From positions 464 to 64,463 of the forward strand of contig CAYPRG010000001.1 of assembly GCA_964413025.1 (NCBI GenBank): 64,000 nucleotides of DNA, given 5' to 3'. The notes under the pieces are model-generated. The model was not told where the DNA came from and did not search any database. It was given only the letters and a program-made list of their open reading frames with translations. This document shows positions 40,101 through 55,100 of this stretch, piece after piece; position 1 is the stretch's first letter; each line of letters opens with the position of its first letter. Origin of the DNA: an uncultured Planctomycetales bacterium (GTDB taxonomy: Bacteria > Omnitrophota > Gorgyraeia > Gygaellales > Profunditerraquicolaceae). Made by a program: the position numbers and the translations under genes.

Positions 40101-43100
40101 CAAGAAGGTCAAGGTTATAAGTCCAGTGGTCTGACCAAAAACCTTCACCGTGTTCGGCTTCCTGATTTTTTTCAGCATGAGAAAGGATTAAGACAATAAA
40201 TTCTTCGCGAGAGACCTTTAGTCTGACTTGGTTTTCTTCTATGAACAGGGCTAACTCACCGGGAGTAAATGATTTGCCAAAGAAGTACTGTAAAGCAGGA
40301 ATATCCTCTTTTTCGGTAGAATCTTTCAGGATTGTCTTTATATCTATATCTTTTTTGAGCATAAAACTTACTCCCTTTACCAACAAGGGGTTGAATCCGT
40401 CTGTCTGCAGAAGATTAAAGAAACAAACTACGTTTTCCTCTCTTACATCGGGATTAAACCAGACATCAACTCTTCTGTTCTGGTTTATGTCGCGGTAGCT
40501 GCCGTTGCCTTGCGAGAAATAGGATGGCTGTATCAAGAAACTATTGTAGTCCCTCTCCAAGTCGCCGTGCTTACGCCCATAACGATAAAATACCCCGGAT
40601 TTAGAATTTGATTTAAACACGACTGGGTAGCCGCCGCGCATGATATTATCCAGATAAGTTTGTTTTGTGTAGAGATCTAATTCTTTTGAACTGCTTTCGG
40701 TAGCAATATCGTTCTGGAGTTCTGCGATAACTTTTGCGTTCTCTTCTCTCTTCTGCCTGAGATAACCGGCTGCCATAATTTTAGAAACAGAGGAACTAAG
40801 CATCTCTAAATTCCTCATATTACCTATTACCGAATAAAATGTATTTTCCTGGTCTGGAGCTATTTCAATGCTAAGCGGAGAAAAGGCGCATGGAGTTTTG
40901 CCTATAATCACCTGCTTTGCGGGATATTGAAAATTTTTCACATCTAAGAATTGAGAAGGAGTTGAGAAATCGGAAATCGGGCCGAATATTTGCTGCGGGT
41001 CAACGATAGGCTTTATGATTTTTGGCCCGTTTTTATCATAGTTGAAGCTTAGGTAAAAATTGCCTTCCTTTATGCGGGTAACTTCGGGCTTATCCGCCAC
41101 CTCTACATCCAGCTTAAAGAACGGAACGCCATTCTCAAGGTTTTTAACGGTAAACCAAGCCTCAACGGTCCTGGATAAATGTTTCAGGAGGTAATCAGTA
41201 ATATAGCTGGGTATAATTTGCGGCAGGCCATCTAATAATTGCATTTTTATCGGCTTGTTGCCTATATTTTTTATGGTAACGGTTCTTGATAAACCGGCAT
41301 AAGCGTCATTGGGGATTGTAAAATATTCTACGGTTACTTTAATCCCCAAATATAAGTTATATTCCTCTATTGTCAGGCCGTGCGAACTAATCCGCATGTT
41401 GTTAACGAGGCTAAACCGCGAATTTACAAGCCCATTTTGGAAAGGCTCATAGAAAATAATTTCTTGGCCTGTAATTACCTTGATAAAGGTGCGGAAGCCA
41501 AGGGAAGTTACTAACTGCCAAGCCTTATTCGCCGGATAAAATTCCATTATGCTATGGTCTTTATCTGTTGTGCCGAAGCTGATTAATCCCTGTCCGCGGT
41601 TTACGTAAAATACCCACATCGGTATGCCGTATTCCCCTGCGATGCCGGGGAAGAAATTAGCAAAGGGCTTGGCAAAGTTATAATTCTTGATTACGAATTC
41701 ATTCTTATCGTTAAGGAAATATTCGGGGATTTTAGAACACACGTCTTCGGACGAAAGCGGTTTCTCCGGAGTTAAAATTAAAGATGGCCGAGCAACTTCC
41801 TGTACCGTAATTAATTTTAAATCATCTTCGGAAATATCAATAATATAATTGCAAGCGCCAGGATTATTCTTCAAAAACTCTTCGTAGCTTGGCACAAGGC
41901 CGGTATTATAGAAACCCATCTGCCTGTCCGCGTTATTAGGAGTCAAGGCGCGGGTGCGCATTTCAAATTTGGCTTTGGTGCGGTCCGGATTATCTTTTAA
42001 GCAATAACGGATATCGTAAAAACTCCTTAGCTCGGGAGCATTCGCGTACTTTCCGTCAATAATCACAATTGTCTTATTGGTCAATTTAAATTCTAAATCT
42101 TTTCTCTCGCTGCCTCCGCGGATATAGGCATTAGGAATGCGCAGAGTATTTTCATCTTCTCCTGAACGGCGGAAAGTATTTATCTCACTCATCATCTTCA
42201 AAATTGCCGGAAGATCAAAGAATGTTCTTTCCTCAAGATAGGGTTGATTAGGGGTAATCCGAGAAATTATTTCTTCACCTAACAAAGCGCGCTCTTGCTG
42301 AAAAATCTCTTTTCCTGCTACTAAATCCTCAATAACATAACGCCACTCTTTTTGTTTCAAGAACATATCCAGGCCCAGAATAACTGTTTCATAGCCCAGG
42401 GGCTTTAAGAATTTAGCGACCTCTTCAGCAATGGTTGTCTTTCCTGAACCGGAAGCGCCATCAACAGAAACTACCGCCATTTGGCTTATTCCATCTCTGC
42501 CCGCTAATTCTCTAATATCCCTGCCCATATGGCCGGCGATAGATTGAAGCCTCTGCCTAATCTGTTCTTCTTCGGTTATCTCATAAGGCTTTCCGGTGCG
42601 GGGGTCTATAGGAGGATTACCATAATAACCCTTAGCTTTGGCAAATTCATGCACTAAACGAGGCACAAATGCCGCGTCATGGCTGTTGCGATAATATGTA
42701 GAGCTAACGTTCAAGTCTATATCCGGGTCTTTCACTGCCAGCATGGGGAACATAGGCAGAAGCTCGGCGCAACCCATCTGCTCAGCAATTTCTCTAACCA
42801 TCGCTTCCAGCATTTCCTGAGTCATTGAAGCGCCGAAATCCCCTCTTTGTATAAATGCTACGGTAATTTTATGCTTAGGATTACTCCCGAATTTATGTTC
42901 TCTGGCAAACTCAAGTTGCTGTTTAATGTATTTTCTCACTCTGGCTTCATTCTCTATGCCTAACATATAGAAAATATGGATTTTCTTATCAGCGTTCATT
43001 GCCAGGAAACGATGCATTTCATCCGCGCCTTCGCGTGCATTATTCGGTTCGCTTCCTAAATCCGTATATTGGACCAAAGGATATAAACCTAAAAGTATAT

Positions 43101-46100
43101 TTTTAATATTCTCATGGCGTTCTTTTGCCGGCACGCGGTCTGATTCAGGCAAGTCCTTATAATTGATCTCTCCCTGGACACGGTAAGTTACAAAATCTAA
43201 ATCCAGAAGATTTATTCCCATTAAAGCGATTAAGATATGCCCCCAGTTAAGCGGGTTGCCGGTAATAGGCAGGAATCCGATTTTGATTTCGCGCTCTATA
43301 TTATGAGTCCAGCTGTTTTTTGCTTCCTGGCTATATTTCAATAAGTTTAATTTTACAAAAGGATCAATTTTTCCGCTTAAAACTTTCTTTTCAATATTTG
43401 AGTATGTTTTGCCTATTGCGTGATAGAGCCGGGAGAGAAAAGGTACGGTCTTCTCATCTACATGCGGGTCAGACATTTCAATATCAATCTTTACATATTC
43501 CCAAACTTTCCTTATCGCCAAAACCGTTTCCTGAACAATTTCTTTTTCAGTTAAAGATTGCGCGGGCCTGGGGCGAGAATTCCTTATCCGGTAAATATAA
43601 TATGCGCGCTGTCCGCTGCCTCTTAGAACCGGATCAAATTTGGCTCCCATCTTTTGATAGAAGCCCATCGCGTCTTCTGTGCTTTCAATCCAGATCTGCT
43701 TCAGGCCCATAGCACCGGCCAACTCTGCTACCTTATTGAAAAGATGCCTGCCGATACCCTGGCCTTCATAGTCGAACGATACCGCCATGGCGTGCCATTT
43801 TCCGTTATCTCTATCGCTGGGTATCCATTGGAATCCGCCTACAATTTCCTTGGTGAACGTATCTTCTGCTACGTAAGTAAATTTTAAATAAAGCTTATTT
43901 TTCTTATGCAGGGAATTGCTAAGGCCGGTACCGTCAAAAACTTTCCTCAGGCCTTCCAAGTCATCCTTTAGATTATTTTTATCCAAAGGCCTGATAATTA
44001 TTCTCCCTTTGTTTAAGAGATCTATGTATGCTTTATCCAGCTTTATGTCAAACATGCCGGATGCCTTAAAGAACTTATTGTATTCTTTGGAGTTTTTAGC
44101 GAAATATTTACGGCTAGCCGAACAGGCGGCCTTATGGGATGAAGTTTCTAATTCTACGAGTTCGTGGCGGATGAGGTCATTAATAAAAACCTGGAAGAAA
44201 TCAGAAAGGCCATCTTCCGAAAAAGGCGGAGCGCGGGCAGCCAAACCCTCCAATATTGTAATCTTACCAGGCAGGGTTTCTACATCAGCGACTTTACCAC
44301 TCTTGGTTTTGTTCTTAAAGACAATGATTCCATCTATTTTGGCTTTACTGCCGCAGTTTAAAAGAGACTGCTCAACATATTTTCTAAAGTCCTTTAACTG
44401 CCGTACGGTCGGTTTATTCACTTTGTCGAGAATATTGGCGGGGTAAGCGTGTGAATCCGGAGGAACCGCTTTCTTTTCACCCAAAAATATATCCGCGTCT
44501 TTTTCGGTTAACGCCTGGTTCGCTTGCAGATATTCCTCTTTATGCGCTCCTTTATAATCAACTTTTCTTCCGCCTAATTTGGGGGTTAGAGCAATAGACT
44601 TAACCTGGTCATTATGGACATAAAGAATGAGGTTATTCTGGCCTTGCAAGATATAATCTATGCCGGTCTTACCTAAAAGACTACACATCGCCAGGTCACC
44701 TGCCGAAGCAGGCGCTGAACGGGGCAGATAATCTAATTTTCCGGCCAGGCTTATGCTGATTCCTTCTTTCTTCAGGGGGGCTTTAAGCGCAGCGGCAATG
44801 ATGCGGCCGGCATCTTCTAATTTGGGATGGCCAAACTGGTCTAAAGATTTTCCGCCCACTTCAAAGAAGGCGGCTTTGGCAACGTAGTCTTTTTCAAAGG
44901 CCTTATCCAAAATTAATTTGTTACCGCTGAAATTAGGATTTATTTTTATGCCTTCCGAAACCACTACTACCGCATAGTCATATTTTTTATGATAATCTGC
45001 AATGTCTTTGGCGAGCTGAGCCAGGTCGAGATTTTCTTCTTCAGGGATGAGGGTACGGCTTGCCTTGACACGAGCGCCTATCCGCAGAGCAGCAAAGCCG
45101 GCATTCCGGCCAAAGACTTCTACTACCAACACGCGAGCAGTAGACTTTGCATCTACGACCCCACCTTCCAGCAACTTGGCTGCGGCCTCAGTAAAGCTTG
45201 AGAATCCGTAAGTATCGGCATCGGGCTCAGGAAGATTCAAATCATTATCCATAGTCTTGGGAAGGCCGATAAGAAGGAATTCCGGATGCTCTTCATGGAG
45301 TTGATAAGTAACACTATTAGTATCATCTCCTCCGAGAGTAAGCAGGCCGTCTAATTTCAAGCGCTGGATATTCTGCCAGAGTAATTGCGGCTGGTTTAGA
45401 TTTATCCCTTCTTCGCTATAAGGATTAAATCTTTCCGTGCCTAAGATCGTCCCGCCTTCAAAACGATGCGCCTCTACTTCTTGCAGATTTAAAGGTTGTG
45501 CCTGAGCCACTAAGCTTTCTTCTACCAAGCCCTTCCAGCCCATTTTTATACCGATAAGTTCTATTCCGTTATTTTGGGCTTCAGCCAAAGCAGAATAAAT
45601 CACCTCGTTATGCCCTGAAGCCGGGCCGCCGCCGGTCAGAATACCCAAACGTTTAACAAAACGAATTTCAGGATAGTATTGCCTAGCAACACTTTTAACT
45701 TCTTCGGCAATGTCTTGAGGAACTATTAAGCTAGTTTTCTTAACAGAAACCGTAGAACTCCTTTCAAGCTCGTCTTTATAACTCCTAACATTCTCTCCGC
45801 TAACCCATTCTTCAATTTTAACCTTATCCCCAAATTTTTCCTGCAGTTTTTCTCTTAAGCCATATGGCAATGGCTGAGAAGACCAGCTAGATGTCCCATA
45901 GAAATCATAATCCTCTGTATATTCCCGGTCAGGCAAATAAATCTCAATAGCATTATCATCTATTTTTATACAGCCCATTAGAGTTTGGGATACCTCCAAG
46001 CTTATGGCTTTTTGTTGCAAATTTTTCTGTAATTCTGAAATTACTCTGTTACTATTTGACTGTTTTTCAAAAAAGAACCTGAATAAATCTTCTGTGAATT

Positions 46101-49100
46101 CTTCGGGCCTATTCTTTAACCACGCCAGCGTATTATCAAGATCTGACCATTTGATATCTTCAACTTCCCATTTTCCGGGTTCCTTTTCATTGCGCCCTTT
46201 TAGTTCCTCTTTAATTTTTCCTGAATCATTATTTAAACTCGAACGGATTTCCTGAAGCAAACTGGCCTTAGTTTTGACTCGTACTTCTTCTTTAGAATTC
46301 AAGATAAGTATGTAAAGCGCTCTTCTTTCTCTATTATTGTCTTCTCTTACATTATAAATATATTCACCAGCTGTCCCTATCGGAATAAGCCTTCCCTTAA
46401 TAGATTCCCTTAAGGCTTCGTTGATTTCCTTTTCTTCGTATATATCCGCTTCTTCAATCACTTCTCTCACCGCGGAATTCAGATAATCTGAACCGACAGA
46501 TACATGCCCGCCGAAAATAGTCCATAAATGAGGGAACTTCTTAAATCCTGCGCGCTGCTGAAGTATTAACTCAAACTTAGAACTGACAAGAATAATATTA
46601 GTAGTTCGATGAAAAAGGCCTGCCGCCTCAGCTATGTTTCTATCTGCTTGACCTACTATCTTCTCTTTCTCAAACCCTATCTCTGATTCTGGACTTAATA
46701 TATCTATCATTTCTCCTTTTAGTTCTTCTGGCTGCTTAATTTCAGCAGTTTTTGAAAAACCTAAAAGCTTTTGGACCCAGTCAGAAAGCGTATTCTGCGT
46801 AACCTGATATGCAGCCCGGGCAGCCCGCAAGATGCGCTCTTCAATCCCCATGTTTATGGCTTTGTAAAGAGCCTCGACTATTTCTTCCTGTTTATAGGGG
46901 TCGACACCGAGCGTGCCGCTATCTACTTCCTGATATGCGCCCATATTCTTTGAAGCAATGATAGAAGCTGGCTGCAATATAACTCTTTGTTTCTTATAAT
47001 GATAGGAACGCAGTGCATGGTTTGCCTCTGCTATGACGAATGGGTCGTTCAAAGCAGCAAAAACCTTGACTACCAGATTCATACCATCGCGCAGAGAATT
47101 CACGATGGCAGCATCACAAGCCAAGCATAACCCCACCCACTCATCAATCGGGAACAGATTCACTACGATAATCGGCCAATCTTTATCAAAACAATTCTGC
47201 CAATCATCCTCTGTTTCGATTATTCCGTTCCAAGAAATTTCCGGAGAAAACTCCTTATTTATCCCGATAACGAGCTCTTTAACCTGTCTCACCATTTCCT
47301 GATACTGCGGGATATTTAACCGCGAAGGTATAAGCCAAGTGATAAAAGAGAGTTTATTCCTTAAGTCCGGATGCCTCTCCAGAAGCGTGCGGAAAGCGGT
47401 CAAACCTTCTATAATCCCCTTGGTCAATTCTGTGCGCTCAGCCCTGCCGATAATGAATTTATCTTTGGCCTTCATTTTTAATTTTTGCGCTAACGATAAT
47501 ACGGGAAGGCTTAACGCTTTCTCCCTGAAGAGGTCGAAATCGCACGAAATCGGGTTGGCTTTGACCAAAACCTGGCGACCGGCATAAATAACCATACCCG
47601 TATCGCGTTCACACACTGCCCCTAATAATTTTTCGCATGCGTCTATAAAGTTGTTGACGTAAGACTGCGCGCTGAACACTACCGAATTATTAGACAACAT
47701 GCCTTCAAGAATCTCGCGTAAAATTTCTTTGGGCACCGTAACCTCAAGGTAATCCAGCGACGGCCAAGGTACGTGTATAAAGTGGTCGGTATAAACTGCG
47801 GGATACATAAAACGCAATTCAAGAGGAGCCAGATAAACATGATAGTCATGGAAAGATACACGGGCATGAGGAACCGTATTTATCAGTTGCGCGATTATCT
47901 GGCCGAAGCGGCGGTTAACCGCCTTGTAATCGCGATACCCTGCGATAATCTCAGGAGTGAAAGCGCCGCTCATCTCATGATGCGCCAGCCAAAGAGCAGG
48001 ATTGGCTACTATATTATAGAACCGGTTAAATTCCGCATCAGGATGCAGTACATACTTAACCCATATGTTGTTATCAAATTTAACCAGCATCTCTTCTCTA
48101 GCAATCGCTTTTTCTTCCTCGGTCATAGCCGCACAGACAATAATCCCGCCTCCGCTAGCCATGAGTAAACGATATAAAGGATATGCAACAGCGCCGTTAT
48201 CTTTACACATAACAACTTCGCCATCCCTAGAAATAATCCTCGCCATTCCTTTGTTATAGAGAACAATCGATGGCGTTGGCCCCAAGTCTGAAATGACAAA
48301 ATCCAGGGACGCCTTAATCAGCGAGGCGGATAAGCATCCGCTGGTCAATACTTGGTTAGAAATCGAGCGTATCCAGGGATGTTTACTGTAAGCGAAATTC
48401 CCTGCGGAAACCAAGAGCTTTGCGCACAACGACTCATCTGAAATAGAACATCTTAATCTCCTTACGCCTTCAAGAGCGGTATATACCAGGTATTCAGGGG
48501 CATACTCTGTGGAAAGAATGGTTTTATGGACAAAACTTAGGATTTTTTCTGTCCGCTTAGGGTTAGCAAAAGCGCTCCGTAGAAGGATTCGCAAGATATA
48601 ATGCCCTTCTATGGCTTCGGGAATGTTATGCAGTTGAACGCCCTTATTAAATCTCAGGAGGAACTGCAAACGCCATTCCAGGCGATCCTCAAAAATGTCG
48701 ATATTCCTTTCGATAAATTCCATTACCGCAGCACAGTCAAATACAGAGGAATACCCTAACCGTTGTATCAACCTGTCTTTTTTCTCAATGGTGCGGCATA
48801 GTTCATAATCTGTCCTTAATAAAGTCAAGAGGATATCTTTACGGGTGGCGGCGTGTTCCTGAACGTAAGAAGCTATTTCTGACGGCATTACGCCCTCCGG
48901 CCCTTCCTCGCAGACAAATATACGGGATTTCCAGAAGCCATCGCTATAACGTGGAGAGTGCACTCTCCACATAGGGATTATTGAACCGTTATAAATATAT
49001 ACCAGCTGCTTATCTACCAATTCCAAGAGGGCCTGCCGGAATTCAGATTCGGTGCCCTTAGGAATAATATATGTATTTTTTGCCGTATATGAAAATCTAT

Positions 49101-52100
49101 CCAAAGATATTGCTAAATTCCGCGCCTCTTCGCTCAATCGTAATTGAGCGTAGTTATCCACGGCCTCTTTCAATAATTTATAAGCCTTCCCCCGCTGGGC
49201 ATCATTAGTCAAAAGCATCTCTACCTGCTCAAGGCTAATATCTCCAGACAGCAATAAAGTCCGGATCCGGCCGATATATTTTGAATTTATTTCTTCGCCT
49301 ATACCTCGCAATCCGCTATCTTTAATAAGCGCTCCGGGCGTCTTTAGTCCTCCGTTTTCATAAATTGTAATCCGCTCCTTATCTTCTTTAAGGAATTGAC
49401 CCTCAATATCCCGTATTTGTTCATAAGGTAATAACTGCGGGTAAGTATTTGTATTGTTCAGGTTAAGGCCGTCCATGGCTAACCATCCCGCAAATTGAGA
49501 AGCTAGGCCGGACATTTCCTTTTCCTCGACTCCTTTAAGATAAACATATAAATCATCGATATCGCTACCTCTGACCATAACGCCTCGGGCGAAAGAACAA
49601 ACTGCCGTATTTATAGCGACAATTTGAGCTTTGGGATTGTTTTCTTTAATAGCTGCCTCAAGTTTTTTTGTCGCAGAAACAAACTGCTTATAAACTTGGG
49701 GAGTAATATCTAACATTCTGGGATGTTCTTTTTCTATGCTTTGGCTATGTTTAATAGCTATGGGAAGGTTGAGATAATAATGTAGCGCGGTTGTAAGAAT
49801 AAAGGCGGGAATTAAATAGGTATATCCGGACAGGAATATTGATGAAGCAGCAAAATTTACTAAAGCAACGGTCATTGCACCATCCAGAGGAGGCGCCTGA
49901 GGCATATTAGAGGTCCTGAATTTCTCCAGATGCAGCAGAATAAATATGGACCAGCTCAATGCCCATGCCCAGAGGCTCCCTAGCGCCGGCGTCAAGGCTA
50001 AAGCAGCGCCCCAGAATATTACCTGCTCAATTAATGCCTGATACCCTAACGGAACGCCCACTCTATCCAACGCCCAGCTTAAAGCAGGAATCATTGCTGT
50101 GCCCAGAATCTCGTTTCCTCCATTTTTTTGCTCACATTCCAACGCTCTCGTCTTCTCTTCAGTCATGCCAGCCCAAACCCTAATCAACCCCTTGGCTTGA
50201 TTTCTTATGTCTCCCTGGGTCATGCCCATTTTTAAAGAATTGTAAGCAACTATACCGTAATTTTCCGGATTTTTGTAATCTTCACAGGCTTCTTCTAATT
50301 GTTTCATAAAAGATTCTTTACTCGGCCTGGTTTCGCCGTCACTGCCGGGGTGCTTTTCATATTCCACAAGATAACCGGTGCCGCTGATTATCTGGCCTTT
50401 ATCATTTCTTACTATCGGCTTTAATCTTTCAGGAATAACTCCGTCTGGAGTAGCGAAAATCGGCGCCCCATTTAACTGAGCATTTCCAACACTTGTTGGC
50501 CCGGCTTCTTTGCCCAACCAAGATAACATCCCGCCAAAATCTGTCCCCTGCTGTATTAGCCAGGAGGTAAATACATTGTGATTAGAAAGCAATACCGTGC
50601 GATGGCGAATCCGAGGATCTTGACGTATTAAGTTCTCCGTTCTTTCAAGCTGTATATCGGAAAACTTGCTAAACTTTCTTCCGCCGGTAAAAATCGTAGC
50701 CAACGCCTTAACTATACGATCCCTAAAATTAGGGTCGCAAAGGATATCCACTATTAAATCGGCGCATTTATAATCAACCATCCGGCGCACAAAAGTAAAG
50801 AATGGCGATTCCATAAATCTTGCCTTGAGTTTTTTGCTATCATTTTCCCATTCCTTCTTAAGCTCCGCGTTAATTCCCCCAAAGGTCCCTTTAAATAACT
50901 CATCAACAAACCTCTGCTTCTGTTCTTTCTTTACGGTCAGTAGATCTTGAATAAAATCCTGCTTGAATTTGGGATTCTTTTCCAATTCAATAAAGAATTT
51001 AACGTAATTTCCGTCAACAATGCCAACTCCGGATTTATTCATCTTAGAGAAGTATTTTTTTACAAGTTCTTGAATTTTTAACCCTTGCCACCGTTCAATA
51101 TCAGAACCTTCGCTATTCCCGAATAAATCATCCTCTGCTACTTTATCAGCAAAGTCATAGAATATTTCTTCCCGTAATATTTTTGTGTGCTTGGTAGAAC
51201 ATCCTGTAATAACATCGCTTACCATCCCGGTTATCTTGACTAAATCTATTTTACCATCATAGATTGCCGAACGAAATTCTTCAGCTATTTTCAAGATATC
51301 AAACAAATAACTATTATAATAAGGCATACCGGCAGGCACAATTGTATGGTTATAATGATGCACCTTAAGATCTTTGAATGCCGGGTCATTTTTATATCCA
51401 TCCTGCCTTACGGCGGGGATGACTAAGGTGGTATTGATTTCACTGGTAGAGAAAATTAATTTCGGGCTTATGCTGCCGACCTCTACCCCCTCTTTAACAA
51501 ACCTCAATGCGACTTCGCGGTAGAGTAAAGTCTGCACAGCGCGAAAATCATCATAGCTTTCTCCGCAATAAGCTTCATGAAAAACCTGCGGGCAATAAAG
51601 CCAGTATTCTTTTAACTCAGAATAAGGATTCGCATAAATCTCAACATCCACTTCCCCTATCAAATTCATATTAATGGCTATCCCCTTATAGGTTTTAACC
51701 TTTACCAATAAATTACGGACTAAGTCAATGATGTTCTCTTTTTCTATGGTTCCGCGAGGTTCTAAAGCGCCCTGGCCTTTTATGGCCCTGGAATACAATA
51801 CGCCAAAAACATGAAGATGATTTCTTGCTTCAAGATTCCCCTGATATTGTTCCAATACCTGAAACCAACCCCTCACTAAATCAGGCTTAAAACTACCTAA
51901 GCCTCCAGCCATAAGAATCTTTGCCACTTCTCCTGTGTTATAAACCGCATCTTCCCATGAACATCCTTTCATCTTTACCAAATAATCACAGAACTCTTGC
52001 AAGAACTTCATTGATAACTCATATTCCATCTGCAGAACAAATATATCATACCCTTTCAGAGATTCGACTGACACACCTAAAGAAACTTTCTTAAATTCTT

Positions 52101-55100
52101 CCGCCCATTCTTTATCTACAGAATATCCTTCAGTATCTTCCTGCCTATCCTGCGCCTTAATGATAAGGGAAACTTTACGCTTTAAATTAGTGTCGCGTAA
52201 AATAACATCAATTACAGCTTGGCTGCCCCGTATTCTGTAGAGTTCGTTTAATTCTGTTAACTTTCTGGCAAATCGCTGACCCTGAAAATCCTGGTGAACT
52301 ATGAATATTCCGCCTTTTGCAATGAACTTTCTGCTCTTTCCTGCTTTAGCCTTATATAATACTCCTTTATCGGCTATACAATTGTTTGTCTCCAGGCCTA
52401 TTATTCTTCTAACAGAATCAAGGAGTTCGGGGCGGCTTTTTAATAATTTAAAGTTTATTTTCTGGACAGCCGGTTCGGGTAATTCGCGGACTAAGTGGAT
52501 AGATTCGTGGTCAAATACTACTTCTAATGTATTAAGGAGATCTTGCAGGTATTCGGGAGTATTTAAGCCCGGATTCTCAGGCGGCCCGCGGTCTAACCGC
52601 CAGTGCAAACCAATTTGTTTGGCTTTAGCATAACCTAATTCACCTTCTCTTCCGTAAAATTCCAGGGTGAATTCAATTTCTTTATTTTCGCCAATCCATT
52701 TCGCGAAGGCTTGTTTATCTTCTTTTTGCCTGCGTGCAAACGCATCGGTAATAATCCTGAGCAATGCTTCTTTTGTCTTTTCGCTTACTGGAGCAGGAAC
52801 GCCTTCAGGAAAACTAACCTGGATATTATCCTGCGCCTCTTGAGTAACTTTGACCTTAAATGTGACAGCGGGGACATCTATGGCTTCGGCGGTAGCGGGG
52901 AAATATGGATTGTAGCCATCCCAGTATGTCCAAGAAAGCCCAGAATTATACCTCTTTTTTCCTTCTAATTCGGCGGCATCTTTTTTAGCTTTCAACTCTG
53001 CAATTATAATACTTAGTTTTTCCAGCGCCTCACCAGCCTTAGTCTTAATTTCTAAATCGTCCCCATTTTCTATTAATGCTTGTAAGACAGGGATAGCAAC
53101 AGGACCAATTTTAATTAACACTTCTTCGGTAGCGCTATGGATATCTGACTCGGCATTTTCTAATGTTTTTATCAAGGCAAGTACGACGAATATGGTTTCT
53201 TTAGAAGCAACAGGTCCAATCTCACCTAATGCTTTGATGGCAGAGTAACGGCGATGCGGATCTCTTAATGCAAGGGTTAGGACCGGTATAGCTTCTTTTG
53301 CAGCCTGACCAATCTTGCCCAATGCTCCAGCAGCGGTGTAATAGACATCCCAGTCATCATCTCCGAATGCCTTAATAAGAGAAGGAACAGCAGCGCTGCC
53401 TATCTTAGCTAATGCTTCTTCAGCGCCATCTCTTTTTGCTAATCTCTTGATATGCCACTTAATCAAAAAATATTTACGCCAGACCGCAATAAACAAACTA
53501 GCGATTATAATGATTGTACTAATAACGATTATGCTAAGAATAATATTGTTAATAACTTCATCTTTTAAATTCTGAAATACCGTTACCCTGAGCCACTTCG
53601 CCACCAATATCATCAAAATGGCACTACCCATAACCTTACTAACTCCTTTATATAGTGAATATATTATTACCTTACGTATAATAGAAACTAATCTTGCAAC
53701 AAAAAAACCAACCAAAATCGGACCTATAACCAGAACTATAAATGACGCAATCCCCCAGAAAATCATCGAAAGGAAAGATATATCGTTACTTCCTTGCTCC
53801 AAGGGGCCGCTTTTGCCAGCGCAACCATTTAAGAACATCATTGAGCCTAAAAAAAGAAAAGCTAAAATAATTTTATTAGAATTGTCAGAAGCAAAGTTTT
53901 TAACTTCCGGGGATTTAATTACTGTGTTTTCGATGCCACGGATGTAGCCAAACTTATCTCCAGTCGTAATAAGCTTTACTTGTCTTACTCCTATTTGCCC
54001 GATCTCTACTTCGCGTAATCCTTTAATCTTCTCGTGTAGCTGTTTAAATTCTTCCGGAGTAATCTTGTTTACAATTCTTCCCAGGCTAATATGCACTAAT
54101 GGCGTATAGTGCTTATTATCTGAAAATTCTTTATATAATTTTTCTCTCAATTCAAATATCTTCTCGTCATCAACATGCCCCTGGACGAATATTGCTCCAT
54201 CAAAACCTAAATTTATGCCCTCGAATCTTATTTTGATTGGACCAACACTAGCCATAATCTTTTCTATTGTTTCGGCTATCTTCCCATTAACCTGGAACAT
54301 ATTATTGCAGTCGTTGATTAAGCTCGAAAACAAGCTGGTATGCAATAAATCACTAGGGATTAATTCTAATGCAGGGTAGACTTTCTGAATTTCTTTTCCG
54401 ATAAACGACAATTTATTAATTAATTTCTCACCTAAACCAGCACGATCTACACTTAGAGCTATTGATTGCAGTGCGGAATTTTGTAATGGCTTAGGTGTTT
54501 TGCCTTGTGCTACCATTTCGCCAGTCGCCTGCCAAATACTTCCATAAGCCTCTTCTAAACTGGTTTTATCTTTAATTAAAAGGGATTTTCTCGGTTTTTC
54601 ATCAGCTTCGTGGTTATTTTCTTTTTCAGCAATAACTGAAGAAGATTTGTCGGAAACGTTTGCTCTGGTTTGTCTTTTCCAAGAAGGAAGAGCAAAGCGG
54701 GTGATATCTTCTCCTATATATTCTCCGTGGCTACAATCGGATGGAGAAAATAGACAATCACTTACAGAATCATCCCATTCAAACCAATTACAGTCATGCG
54801 GAATCATTGGAGCAATTGGGTATTGACTTTCAGAAGCTTCTTTCTTATGCTTAGCTACTAACATTTTTTCAGTATCTTTGTCATAGGCAGGGCATTTATA
54901 TAGTTTACGACTTACTACTTCAACATTTTGTCCTACTAAAGCGATTTCATCCTTAAGTTCTTGCTCTAATTGTTCAATGGAATTCGAACGTTCAAGCATT
55001 TCGGGCAAGGCATTTCTTAATTCACTATCTTCCAATTTCTTACCTCTGGCTTCCTTAAACCATAGCGAAATAAGCCTAGCCACCCCTAAGGATTTTTCTA

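Noticed and set aside
46708-46722. AAGGAG just before the in-frame ATG at the NUDIX start
   Set aside because: Spacing is only about 2 nt and is explained by the K-G-E-M codons
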